Positions 18,450 to 28,122 of a stretch of DNA of 64,000 bases are shown here, piece after piece. The DNA lies in NCBI GenBank assembly GCA_013153515.1, contig JAADEI010000110.1, forward strand, positions 13 to 64,012, given 5' to 3'. The notes under the pieces were generated by a model that did no database searches, was not told the DNA's origin, and saw only the letters and a list, made by a program, of their open reading frames with translations. How positions within the stretch are numbered: position 1 is the first letter of the stretch; every line of letters begins with the position of its first letter. Position numbers and translations under genes: made by a program. The DNA is from Chlorobiota bacterium (GTDB taxonomy: Bacteria > Bacteroidota > Bacteroidia > JAADEI01).

Positions 18450-21400
18450 TCATTTTGTGATTATATCCTCGGGGGATAACTGAACTATTTTATATCCATC
18501 AAGTTTGAAGTTTTTGAACACCTCTTCGCTCATAACTAGTATGTAAATAGAATTGCCATTTGCAATGTTATTCATGAAATAGTCTTTATATTCATCATAA
18601 GTCAGTGTTTTGAGCTTTTCATAAGTGTATTCCCTTGGGTCCCTGTCGAACCCTCGTTTCAAACTTCTGTCTATGTAACCAAATATCTCCACACCGGTGA
18701 CTCTTTCTGTCTCAAGTTCTTGTTTGAGTGATTGTTTGCCCACTTCAAAATGCTTGGGGTCCGCTTTGAATTGTGTCATAAGTTCCTCAATGACCAATAG
18801 GTTCTCCGCCAGTTTATCAAATTGAACCATACTGAAAGCGGCGTAGAGAATGGGGTCACCTTTATAGGAGGGAAGGATATGAAATCCACCGGCGGAATAT
18901 GCTAGTCCTCGTCGCTCCCTTATCTCTTGATTGATGACCGAGCCAAGACTACCGCCATAGAAAGAAGAAAACAGGAGGGCATTGGCATAATTGTCAAAGT
19001 TTATTTTTCCATTTTCTGCTACCCTATAAGTTGTGATTTGAACCTTGGGGAAAAGAATTACATACGCTGCTTTATCTGGGAGTTGTCGTGGTCTCAAAAC
19101 CTTTATCTCAAATTCAGGACTTTTAACCGATGCAGGTAATGAATTTGCTATTAATGAGCCCACTTGAGAAGGGGAATTCTTACCGTAGTACCAGATTTTA
19201 TGAGGCAGATATGCTAGTTCTCTAATTTGATTCAGGACATCATCTGTGGAAAGAGCCATAAGTTCTTCTTCAGAAAGAATATTAATATATGGACTGTTTT
19301 TGCCATACCACGCATACTGGAAGCCTGCAAATAATAGTCGTCTGTCGTGATTTCGGTAATTCTCCCGTTCTTTGATGATGTCTTTAATAACGTTAGATAA
19401 AACTTCTTCTGTAAGCACAGGCTTAGTAAGTAGGGAATTAAGCAGGGCCAAGCCTTTCGGTAAACTTTCCTCAAGCCCTTCCAACTTTATGTATGCGGAG
19501 TTGGGAGTTACATTACTATATAGTTTCAAACCGTGTTTGAACAATTCAAATCTGAACTGTTGAGGAGAGAGCGTATCTGCTCCCAAATAGGGAATCACCT
19601 TGAATGCCACTTCAAGCAATGGGTTAGAATGCGTTCCAAAATCATATTTGAGATAGAGCCTAAAGATGTTGCTTTTTTCATTCTTTATGTATTCCAGTTC
19701 CCACGGTCCAGATCTACTGCGATGAACATCTTTCTCAAAGTCAACGAACTTGGGTTCTATGGGGGGTGGGGTTATAGCGACAAATTGCTTGTAGAATTCG
19801 GAGTGGGCATCGGTGTTAAGATGCACGGGAGTGATAGGAGGCTTTTCAAGAATTATTCTGTCTTTCGGCTCCCCCTGTCGCTTATAAACAATAGCATAAT
19901 TGTCCGTTAAATACTTGTTAGCAAATGCAAGGATGTCTTCTCGGGTCATATTCTTTATATAATCAAGGACTTTAAGGTAGTCATCCCATGATAGCCCCAG
20001 ACGTATCGGATATTCTAAATCATCAATCTTGTCCATGTAGGACTCCCAATTCTTCTCGTGTTCAAGGAGGATGTTTTGGCGTGCTGCCTCAACTAAATCA
20101 TCTGTGAGTAGTTCTCCTGTTCTGAACCGTCTCATTACATTTGCCACCTCATTTTCAACATCTTCAAGGGTTTGTCCCTCCCTTGGGTAAGCATCTATAA
20201 TCATAGCCCCTCCCTGGGAATAGTCCAGAACTCCAAGGCTGACTTTATGAACCTTATGTTTTTGCATTAGTTCAATAGGCAGTATTCCCGCAATGCTATT
20301 GCTAAGGATATATTCCGTCAAGAGCATTTGAGCAAATTCCTTAAGGTTGGAAGGGGGGGGCATTCTATATCCTATTAACACGTGAGCCGGTTTGGGACCA
20401 TAGAGTTCAGACCTCTGGATTGTTTCGGGCAGAGGGGGCAGTTCAAAAGTTGGTTTCTTCACTTCTTTGGGTTTGAGTTGTCCGAGAGTGGAGTCAATTA
20501 GCCTGATTGCCTCATCAGGATTTACATCCCCTGTAACAATCACGGTCATATTATTCGGAACATAATAAGTGTTAAAAAACTTAAGCATTTCCTTTATGGA
20601 TGGTCTTTTGAGATGGTCTGGCAAACCAATCACTGACCGCGACATTGGATGATTGGGAAACAGCATAGAAAAAACTTTGTCAATAGCCCTATATTGCTCA
20701 CCATCTTGAAACCTCATATTAAACTCCTCAAAAACTGTTTCCATTTCCGTGTGGAACAGTCTTGGGACGACTTTTGAAAACCTTTCGCTTTCAAGAATAA
20801 GAAGCCTCCTAAACTCATTAGAAGGAACATAGCCATAATATACTGTGAAATCATAATCTGTTCCGGCATTGAGATACGAGCCACCAATCAACTGATACAT
20901 GTGTTCATACTCATTAGGAATAGCATATTTTGAAGCGAGATGAGAGATGCTATCAATTTTTTTGTATATCTCCTTTTGTTTTTCAGGGTCATCTTCGGTC
21001 CTTAATTCTTCAAAAAGGTCTTCTAATTGTTTGAGATATTTGCTTTCCTCTTCCCAATTGAGTGTTCCTATCTTGTCTGTTCCTTTGAACATCATGTGTT
21101 CAAGGTAGTGAGCCAATCCAGTAGCATGCCCCGGCTCATAAATAGACCCAGCATGGACAACTATGTGCATAGCCACCCGAGGTTCACTATGGTCAGGACT
21201 AATCATCACTTTTAACCCATTGTCCAGAGTGTAATGATGAACTCTCAACGGGTCATCAGGGTTCACATAAGCCTTATACTTAGCATCTACGCTTTTTACA
21301 TGATTTTTTTCCATCTGGCAACTATTTACCAGAGCCAAAATTATTGCACTAAGAACTACCGTGGAGCTTAAGAATCTTGATAAAGTCCTTAGTTTGAGGA

Positions 21401-21455
21401 AATTCAGAAGTAAGCCGTTGATGTATTGTATTATTAACATTTTGAGTCTTTGCAT
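18450..21455 (-). CDS. M16-family zinc peptidase (two fused M16 units, pitrilysin-like)
   Basis: HxxEH zinc motif (HYLEHMMFKGT). Size consistent with duplicated M16 active and inactive halves. N-terminal signal/lipobox-like segment. Start is uncertain because it overlaps the dnaX 3' end by 107 nt. Confidence 0.85.
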   Translation of the reverse strand: MQRLKMLIIQYINGLLLNFLKLRTLSRFLSSTVVLSAIILALVNSCQMEKNHVKSVDAKYKAYVNPDDPLRVHHYTLDNGLKVMISPDHSEPRVAMHIVVHAGSIYEPGHATGLAHYLEHMMFKGTDKIGTLNWEEESKYLKQLEDLFEELRTEDDPEKQKEIYKKIDSISHLASKYAIPNEYEHMYQLIGGSYLNAGTDYDFTVYYGYVPSNEFRRLLILESERFSKVVPRLFHTEMETVFEEFNMRFQDGEQYRAIDKVFSMLFPNHPMSRSVIGLPDHLKRPSIKEMLKFFNTYYVPNNMTVIVTGDVNPDEAIRLIDSTLGQLKPKEVKKPTFELPPLPETIQRSELYGPKPAHVLIGYRMPPPSNLKEFAQMLLTEYILSNSIAGILPIELMQKHKVHKVSLGVLDYSQGGAMIIDAYPREGQTLEDVENEVANVMRRFRTGELLTDDLVEAARQNILLEHEKNWESYMDKIDDLEYPIRLGLSWDDYLKVLDYIKNMTREDILAFANKYLTDNYAIVYKRQGEPKDRIILEKPPITPVHLNTDAHSEFYKQFVAITPPPIEPKFVDFEKDVHRSRSGPWELEYIKNEKSNIFRLYLKYDFGTHSNPLLEVAFKVIPYLGADTLSPQQFRFELFKHGLKLYSNVTPNSAYIKLEGLEESLPKGLALLNSLLTKPVLTEEVLSNVIKDIIKERENYRNHDRRLLFAGFQYAWYGKNSPYINILSEEELMALSTDDVLNQIRELAYLPHKIWYYGKNSPSQVGSLIANSLPASVKSPEFEIKVLRPRQLPDKAAYVILFPKVQITTYRVAENGKINFDNYANALLFSSFYGGSLGSVINQEIRERRGLAYSAGGFHILPSYKGDPILYAAFSMVQFDKLAENLLVIEELMTQFKADPKHFEVGKQSLKQELETERVTGVEIFGYIDRSLKRGFDRDPREYTYEKLKTLTYDEYKDYFMNNIANGNSIYILVMSEEVFKNFKLDGYKIVQLSPEDIITK

Positions 21456-22974
21456 CTGGCGTCCCTTTTGATACTGATATTACGACAAACAGGTCTTCAA
21501 AGGTTACATTCTCATATTGACGGTTTTGAGACAACCAATTGGAGAACAGGGATTTAGTTTTGTTGTAAATGTCTTCAACTTCAATCACCACCTTGCCATT
21601 TTCCAAGGGCTTGTTAACTGTACCGGATAGATAATTTAAAACCCTCATAGATTCACTATTCTTGTTCGCTTTTAGCCATTTAATAAAATTTTGTATAATG
21701 GCTCCCGTTGGGTCCTGAGACAGATGGCTTTCTTTAGTTAGGGACGGTGCAGGTTTATTAGTGGATTTGGTTTCTTCAGTCCCTTGTTTCCTTCCCCGTA
21801 TTTGATTTTGAGGAGTGTGTTGCTTGGCTGGGGACTCAGTTGTTTGGACGGTTAATGTTTTTTTTTCTGTTGGGCGAGCCTGCCGCGGCGTAATGGAGGG
21901 TAGGGTAGCCAATTCCATCAAAGCAAGTTCAGTGGTTAGATATTTGTCAGATGCGAAAGTCAAACTATTTTCGTATCTGTTAATTGTCAATAGTGCCGAA
22001 GTGAGATATGAAGGGCTGATTTTCTCTGCCTGTCGTTTAAGATGGTCCCGCCAAGATTCCGGAACATCAAGTAGTTCGGCACCAGTATCTGTTTTAAGGT
22101 ATAAAAGGTTTCTTAAATGTCTCGCTAACCCATGCAGGAATTCTTCCGAATTAAACCCAGCATTAGAAATATCTTTCCACATCTTCAATAATTGGGGAAT
22201 GTCTTGAATCATAATGCGTTCCACTACTTCAAAGAATGTGTTATAATCAAGAATATGCAATGCCTCTGTTACATCTTTATAAGTCAACTTGTTTCCGGAA
22301 TATGAAATCAATCTATCAAAAAGCGTTAGAGCATCTCGCAATGCACCATCGGCATACTCAGCAATGGTAAAAAGTGCTTCTTCTTCCACTTCAATGCCCT
22401 CTTCTGATGCCACATATTTGAGTCGTTCAATTATTTTAGAAACCGGAATCCTTCTGAAATCATAGACCTGACAACGAGATATAATAGTAGGCAATATCTT
22501 GTGTTTCTCGGTAGTCGCCAGTATAAACACTGCGTATTCAGGCGGTTCCTCAAGGGTTTTTAGAAATGCGTTGAAGGCAGAGGTTGAAAGCATGTGAACC
22601 TCGTCAATGATATAAACCTTATACTTCCCTTCAGCAGGCGGAAACCTAACCTGTTCAATCAAATTCCTTATGTCATCAACAGAGTTGTTGCTCGCCGCAT
22701 CAAGTTCAAAAACATTAAGCGATGCATTCTCTGCGAACCTCTTGCACGATGGGCATTCCCCACAGGGCTCGCCATCAACAGGATTCTCGCAGTTAATCGC
22801 TTTCGCCAAGATTCGGGCACAGGTTGTCTTGCCAACACCTCTGGGTCCACAAAAGAGAAGGCTTTGCGGAATCCTGCCTGTCTTCACAGCATTACGCAAG
22901 GCAGTGGTAATGTGTTCCTGTGCAACCACATCACTGAACTTGGTCGGACGATATTTCCTTGCTGTGGAATTCAT
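21349..22974 (-). CDS. dnaX: DNA polymerase III subunits gamma/tau
   Basis: N-terminus KYRPTKFSDVVAQEHI, Walker A GPRGVGKTT, zinc-binding CGECPSC. Typical DnaX. Confidence 0.9.
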   Translation of the reverse strand: MNSTARKYRPTKFSDVVAQEHITTALRNAVKTGRIPQSLLFCGPRGVGKTTCARILAKAINCENPVDGEPCGECPSCKRFAENASLNVFELDAASNNSVDDIRNLIEQVRFPPAEGKYKVYIIDEVHMLSTSAFNAFLKTLEEPPEYAVFILATTEKHKILPTIISRCQVYDFRRIPVSKIIERLKYVASEEGIEVEEEALFTIAEYADGALRDALTLFDRLISYSGNKLTYKDVTEALHILDYNTFFEVVERIMIQDIPQLLKMWKDISNAGFNSEEFLHGLARHLRNLLYLKTDTGAELLDVPESWRDHLKRQAEKISPSYLTSALLTINRYENSLTFASDKYLTTELALMELATLPSITPRQARPTEKKTLTVQTTESPAKQHTPQNQIRGRKQGTEETKSTNKPAPSLTKESHLSQDPTGAIIQNFIKWLKANKNSESMRVLNYLSGTVNKPLENGKVVIEVEDIYNKTKSLFSNWLSQNRQYENVTFEDLFVVISVSKGTPDAKTQNVNNTIHQRLTSEFPQTKDFIKILKLHGSS

Positions 22975-23243
22975 AGTGTTGCTAAGTTAGGCTTTATTTA
23001 CATAATGGTAATGACATGATATGGATTACATGAGTTGGGCGGATCTCTTTCTTTTGGCTTAGTGTTCATATAAGCAAACAGTTAAACTGTGAAACGGGGC
23101 AAGAAAATTACCTTATTCTTAATTGATGGGGAGCCAGGGGGCAGGATAATGGCAGAACTTTCTAGCTAGACTGGGAAGGCATATAAAATCTGATGATAGA
23201 GAAGATTTGCATACAGCAGGGATCTATATCCTATTAGGAAGGG

Positions 23244-23897
23244 GTGATGTTGAAAATTTACCTGCAGTTTATATTTGGAGAGACAGGAAGTGTGTTGGAT
23301 CGGATTAAACAGCATAATAGTAAAGACTCTTGGAATGAGGTGATAGTTTTTATTAGTAAAGATGAGAATCTGAATAGAGCACATGTGCAGTATATGGAGC
23401 AAAGATTATACGATATAGCAAAAGAAGTTTCCCGATCAATTATAAAAAACGAGAGTCGTCCAAGGGGTGCTCATATCTCAGAACCAGACAAAGCAGAAAT
23501 GGATGAGTTCATTGATAACATAATTATGTTGACAGGGGTTTTGGGATATAAAATTTTTGAAAAAGTTGATATCGGGTCAAAAACTCTCTTTTATATTAAG
23601 AAACCCAAAAAAGAAATTAGTGCAACAGGATATTTAACCGATTCAGGGTTTGTTGTATTGAAAGGTTCTCAAATCGCAAAGGATATACAACCATCTTGTT
23701 CCGAATCTCACATTGAAACGAGAGAAACTCTTTTCAGATTGGGTATAATAGATAAAGGCACTTGGACCTTTGTTAAAGACTATGATTTTTCAAGCCCTTC
23801 CAAAGCAGCATCAGTAGTCCTTGGAAGAAATGCTAATGGTCTTACGGAATGGAAGACGAAGAGAGGTGAAACCTTAAAAGACTATCTTAAGTCTTGA
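23244..23897 (+). CDS. GIY-YIG nuclease / DUF4357-family protein, N-terminally disrupted by a 1-nt frameshift
   Basis: ORF encodes ...IFGETGSVLDRIKQHN... (the YIG-R-H part), a conserved Glu region (YMEQRLYDIAKE) and a C-terminal SPSKAASVVLGRNANGLTEWK motif recalled as DUF4357. The GIY half (AGIYILLGRGDVENLPAVYIW) lies in another frame at 23216-23297. Removing one T at about 23273 restores GIYILL...PAVYIGETG. Confidence 0.6.
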   Translation: MMLKIYLQFIFGETGSVLDRIKQHNSKDSWNEVIVFISKDENLNRAHVQYMEQRLYDIAKEVSRSIIKNESRPRGAHISEPDKAEMDEFIDNIIMLTGVLGYKIFEKVDIGSKTLFYIKKPKKEISATGYLTDSGFVVLKGSQIAKDIQPSCSESHIETRETLFRLGIIDKGTWTFVKDYDFSSPSKAASVVLGRNANGLTEWKTKRGETLKDYLKS

Positions 23898-23965
23898 CAT
23901 TGCACTTGACATGAACATATCCCATTTCCCACTTTTGCCGTAAGTTTGACCCAAAAACAGAGCGT

Positions 23966-25165
23966 ATGAATCTTCATGAGTATCAGGCTAAGGAGTTGTT
24001 GAAGAAGTTTGGAGTTAGGGTTCAAGAAGGCATTGTTGCCACTACACCGGAGGAAGCCGTGGAGGCAGCAAAGAAATTGCAGGAACTCACTGGCACTCAG
24101 GTGTGGGTAATCAAAGCTCAAATACACGCCGGGGGACGTGGGAAGGCAGGCGGAGTCAAAGTGGCAAAATCCCTTGAAGAGGTTTATGAAATAGCAAAGG
24201 AACTCATAGGAAAAGTGTTAGTAACTCCGCAGACTGGACCACAGGGCAAAAAAGTGCGTAAGGTCCTTGTTGCCCAAGATGTCTACTATCCCGGTCCGGA
24301 AGAGAGGCATGAGTACTATTTAAGTATGCTTGTGGACAGGGAAAAAGAAACAGTGGCGGTCATTTACTCTCTCGAGGGTGGTGTGGACATTGAAGAGGTG
24401 GCAGAAAAAAGCCCTGATAAGATATTCACGGAGCATGCCCATCCAACTATTGGGCTCCTGCCCTTCCAAGCCAGAAGGATAGCGTTTAACCTTGGTTTGA
24501 AAGGGCAAGCATTCAAGGACATGGTTAAAATAGTGCAAGGGTTATATAAAGCATTCACATCCCTTGATGCTTCCCTAATTGAAATTAACCCACTGCTTAA
24601 AGCCAGCGACGGCAAGATGATTGCAGTGGACGCTAAGATGCAAATTGACGATAATGCACTGTTCAGACATCCAGATATTGCCGAAATGCGGGATATTGAG
24701 GAAGAAGATCCGGCGGAGGTCATAGCATCTAAGTACGGATTGAGTTTCGTCAAACTGGATGGGTTTGTGGGCTGTATGGTCAATGGAGCCGGTTTGGCAA
24801 TGGCAACAATGGACTTGATTAAATATCACGGTGGGGAACCCGCTAACTTCCTTGATGTGGGCGGGAAAGCAACGCCAGAAACAGTCAAAATCGGCTTTGA
24901 ACTCATTTTGAGGGACCCCAATGTTAAATCAATCCTCGTTAACATCTTTGGGGGAATAGTTAGAGGCGACCGGGTGGCAAAAGGAATTGTTCAAGCCGTT
25001 GAGGAAATGGGCGGACTCCCTGTTCCCTTAGTAGTTAGATTGCAGGGAACAAACGCCGACCTCGCAAGGAAAATAATAGAGGAGTCGGGATTGGACGTTC
25101 ACTACACCACTGGATTTGACGAAGCAGCTAAACTGGCAGTGGAATTGGCAAAAAAGAGTGGTTGA
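23966..25165 (+). CDS. sucC: succinyl-CoA ligase (ADP-forming) beta subunit
   Basis: MNLHEYQAKELLKKFGV N-terminus, ATP-grasp and CoA-ligase domains, about 400 aa. Confidence 0.9.
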   Translation: MNLHEYQAKELLKKFGVRVQEGIVATTPEEAVEAAKKLQELTGTQVWVIKAQIHAGGRGKAGGVKVAKSLEEVYEIAKELIGKVLVTPQTGPQGKKVRKVLVAQDVYYPGPEERHEYYLSMLVDREKETVAVIYSLEGGVDIEEVAEKSPDKIFTEHAHPTIGLLPFQARRIAFNLGLKGQAFKDMVKIVQGLYKAFTSLDASLIEINPLLKASDGKMIAVDAKMQIDDNALFRHPDIAEMRDIEEEDPAEVIASKYGLSFVKLDGFVGCMVNGAGLAMATMDLIKYHGGEPANFLDVGGKATPETVKIGFELILRDPNVKSILVNIFGGIVRGDRVAKGIVQAVEEMGGLPVPLVVRLQGTNADLARKIIEESGLDVHYTTGFDEAAKLAVELAKKSG

Positions 25166-25192
25166 TTAATACTCAAAAGAACATTAAAAAAG

Positions 25193-25822
25193 TTGTCAAT
25201 GGGACAAAGAATAGTTGTGTATCCTCAATCACCGCAGAAAAGGAAAATTAAGCAAGTTGCCGAAATCCTAAAGGAAGGTGGTGTCGCTATTTTCCCTACG
25301 GATAGCGTCTATGCTATGGGGGTTGCTTTTTCAAGGAAGGACGCCATTGAGAAATTGTGTGAATTGAAGAGGATAGAGCCTGCTAAAGCAACATTCTCCA
25401 TTATCTGCTCCAACTTCTCTCAACTATCAGAATATGTGGCACCAATGGATAAAGCAACCTTCAGGCTTTTGAAAAAGCACCTGCCCGGTCCATTCACCTT
25501 CATCCTCCCCGCCTCAGCTAAAATCCCTAGAACATTCCTGAACAGACGACACACCATAGGAATACGAATCCCTAATGACCCAGTGCCTATAGCCATAGTT
25601 GAAGAACTAGGCGAACCACTCATCACCACTTCCCTATATGACGAAGAGGACGACATTAAAGGATATATGACCGACCCAATGGAGATATTTGATAGATATG
25701 GCAAAATTGTTGACATAATTGTTGATGCGGGACCAAGAGGAACAACGCCCACGACAGTGGTGGACCTCACAGGCAATGAGCCGGTAGTAGTCAGGCAAGG
25801 GGCAGGTGAACTACTGCTCTGA
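25193..25822 (+). CDS. tsaC: L-threonylcarbamoyladenylate synthase (YrdC/TsaC family)
   Basis: VAIFPTDSVYAMG motif, about 200 aa YrdC fold. Confidence 0.8.
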   Translation: MSMGQRIVVYPQSPQKRKIKQVAEILKEGGVAIFPTDSVYAMGVAFSRKDAIEKLCELKRIEPAKATFSIICSNFSQLSEYVAPMDKATFRLLKKHLPGPFTFILPASAKIPRTFLNRRHTIGIRIPNDPVPIAIVEELGEPLITTSLYDEEDDIKGYMTDPMEIFDRYGKIVDIIVDAGPRGTTPTTVVDLTGNEPVVVRQGAGELLL

Positions 25823-28106
25823 ATTAACATTAAAGTTTTTTTCCATGGATTTGGTAAGTCAGTTTAGAAACACAATACTTTTATTGTCTTTTTTCTTAAC
25901 CCTAATACTCAATGCACAAAACTCATATTTGAAAGGCTTCCTCTTTGACCTAGAAACAGGGGAGCCACTGCCCTTCGCATATGTCCAAATAAAAGAAACA
26001 GGAGACATTACGTTGACCAACGACGAAGGATTCTTTGCCTTCACTTTAAAACCCGGGACCTATACAATTCTTGCCTTCATGATTGGATATGACACTTTAA
26101 AGGAACGCATAACTCTCAAACCGGGACAAGTGATTACTAGGCGATTGAATCTGAAACCATCGTCTGTGAAACTTAAAACCGTAACAATAACTGCTACGCG
26201 ACAACAAGCCCTACAGGAAACAAGAACATCAATGTTCCGCATTAGTGCCACACAGATAAAAAAACTTCCTTCCATCGGCAAACAAGACATAATTCAATAT
26301 CTTCAGACCCTGCCGGGAGTTGTCTCAACGGGAGACGTGGGTGGGCAAATCTTTATCCGAGGTGGAACGCCAGTCCAAACCCTTACACTACTGGATGGAG
26401 TCCCAATTTTCCAATATCAGCATTCCCTGGGGTTGTTCTCCGTTTTTCAAAGTGACCTCATTAGGTCTGTAACCTTATACACCGGTGGGTTTAATGCTGA
26501 ATATGGGGGAAGGTTGTCTGCAGTATTAGATATAAAAAGTGTGGATCCCAGGAAACGATTTAATGGGGGAATAGCTATTAATCCGTTTGTTTCAGATGCG
26601 TGGTTCTCTCTACCATTTAACAAGCACGGTTCGGGCATAGTGCTTGGGGCTCAGGTGAGTAGGTTGGACCTCATCGCCCCCAAATTATATTCCTTTATTG
26701 ATAGTGGCAATATGCCCTATCGATTCCTTGATTTCTTCGGCAAGTTAACTCTTCGGAGCAAGAAAGGGGACCGAATCTCAGGGTTTTGGTTCAATTTTAG
26801 TGATTCGGTGGGCTTCCCAGATGCCCAATATGCTTGGAAAAATTCGGGTGGTGGAGTGAATTTCATTGTGTCGCCTCCCGGAACACGGTTCTTGCTCGGG
26901 GGAGTCCTTGGATTTAGCAAATATCAGTCAATTATGCAGGTTCCCAACTCAAAACCATCTTTAAGCGTTTTATCCAGCTTCCTCGCTGAAATCTATGTTC
27001 AATATCATGGCTCGGAGCGTCGCCTATTGCAATATGGCGTTGCTATGCAAGGATATTCATCTCATCTGGAATTTTATAACATATTCAATCAACGAATCAC
27101 TTACAACAGAAATGTTTCTGAATTAATAGTTTACATCAAAGCACGGCGCAATTGGAATCAAAAACTTATCGTTGAGCCCGGACTCAGATTCCATTACTAT
27201 GCAACAGGAGGATATTTGCTTCCAGAACCACGACTCTCTATGAAATATAATCACTCTGAAAAACTGAGATTCAAAACAGCAACCGGGATTTATACCCAAA
27301 GCCTCTTTACTACTGTTTCTGACGTTGAGGTAACACAATTGTTCGTCGGATTCCTCAACCTTCCAGAAGGAACCTTATTATGGCAAGGCAAGCCCATCAA
27401 AACCAATTTGCAAAGTGCTTTTCATGCCATCGCGGGAGCAGAATGGGAGCCTATTCAAAACTTGGAAGTTAATGTTGAAGCTTTCTATAAGAAGTTTTTC
27501 AGACTCTTCTCAGTTAACAGATATAAAATGTTTCCAACAGACCCGGATTATATCGTTGAGGACGGCTACGCCACCGGATTTGACCTCATGCTTTCATATC
27601 GTATTAACAGGCTCTGGACACAGGCAAGCTATGTGTTCACTTACGTCATTCGGAATGATGGCATAAGGGAATACTTCCCTTGGTTTGACCGAAGGCACTA
27701 CGCCAACGTGCTTGTTTCCTATGAGGTAGGAAAAGCGAAACAATGGATGTTCTCTGCACGGTGGATGTTCGGCTCTGGTCTCCCCTACACGCCAACAGCA
27801 GGATTCTATCCGCAATATGACTTCCCAGGAGGCATCACAGATAATTATGTTACAGGAAACTATAGCCCCGGAATCATCCTTGACGAAAAGAACTATAACA
27901 AATATCGTTTGCCCCCTTATCATCGCCTTGACTTACATGCAGAATACAGATTCTTCCTTTCCCACAGAGCAACCCTTATATTTTACCTTAGCCTGTTCAA
28001 TGCATATAACCGAAGAAACGTTTTCTATGTCAACAGAGTCACAGGAGATATAGTGTATCAATTGCCGCTCATCCCCATCGTCGGCTTAAAACTTAAATTC
28101 AAATAA
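25806..28106 (+). CDS. TonB-dependent receptor with N-terminal carboxypeptidase-regulatory-like domain
   Basis: CarbD-reg domain (FLFDLETGEPLPFAYVQI), plug domain (GDVGGQIFIRGG), beta-barrel, and terminal aromatic residue (KLKFK). The true start is probably the Met at about 25845, which has a signal peptide. Confidence 0.85.
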   Translation: MNYCSELTLKFFSMDLVSQFRNTILLLSFFLTLILNAQNSYLKGFLFDLETGEPLPFAYVQIKETGDITLTNDEGFFAFTLKPGTYTILAFMIGYDTLKERITLKPGQVITRRLNLKPSSVKLKTVTITATRQQALQETRTSMFRISATQIKKLPSIGKQDIIQYLQTLPGVVSTGDVGGQIFIRGGTPVQTLTLLDGVPIFQYQHSLGLFSVFQSDLIRSVTLYTGGFNAEYGGRLSAVLDIKSVDPRKRFNGGIAINPFVSDAWFSLPFNKHGSGIVLGAQVSRLDLIAPKLYSFIDSGNMPYRFLDFFGKLTLRSKKGDRISGFWFNFSDSVGFPDAQYAWKNSGGGVNFIVSPPGTRFLLGGVLGFSKYQSIMQVPNSKPSLSVLSSFLAEIYVQYHGSERRLLQYGVAMQGYSSHLEFYNIFNQRITYNRNVSELIVYIKARRNWNQKLIVEPGLRFHYYATGGYLLPEPRLSMKYNHSEKLRFKTATGIYTQSLFTTVSDVEVTQLFVGFLNLPEGTLLWQGKPIKTNLQSAFHAIAGAEWEPIQNLEVNVEAFYKKFFRLFSVNRYKMFPTDPDYIVEDGYATGFDLMLSYRINRLWTQASYVFTYVIRNDGIREYFPWFDRRHYANVLVSYEVGKAKQWMFSARWMFGSGLPYTPTAGFYPQYDFPGGITDNYVTGNYSPGIILDEKNYNKYRLPPYHRLDLHAEYRFFLSHRATLIFYLSLFNAYNRRNVFYVNRVTGDIVYQLPLIPIVGLKLKFK

Positions 28107-28122
28107 TACTGCGTTATTTTCA

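Noticed and set aside
25806-25844. TonB-dependent receptor start overlapping the tsaC end
   Set aside because: The signal peptide begins at the internal Met (MDLVSQFRNTILLLSFFLTLILNAQNS). The upstream 13 aa are probably not translated.
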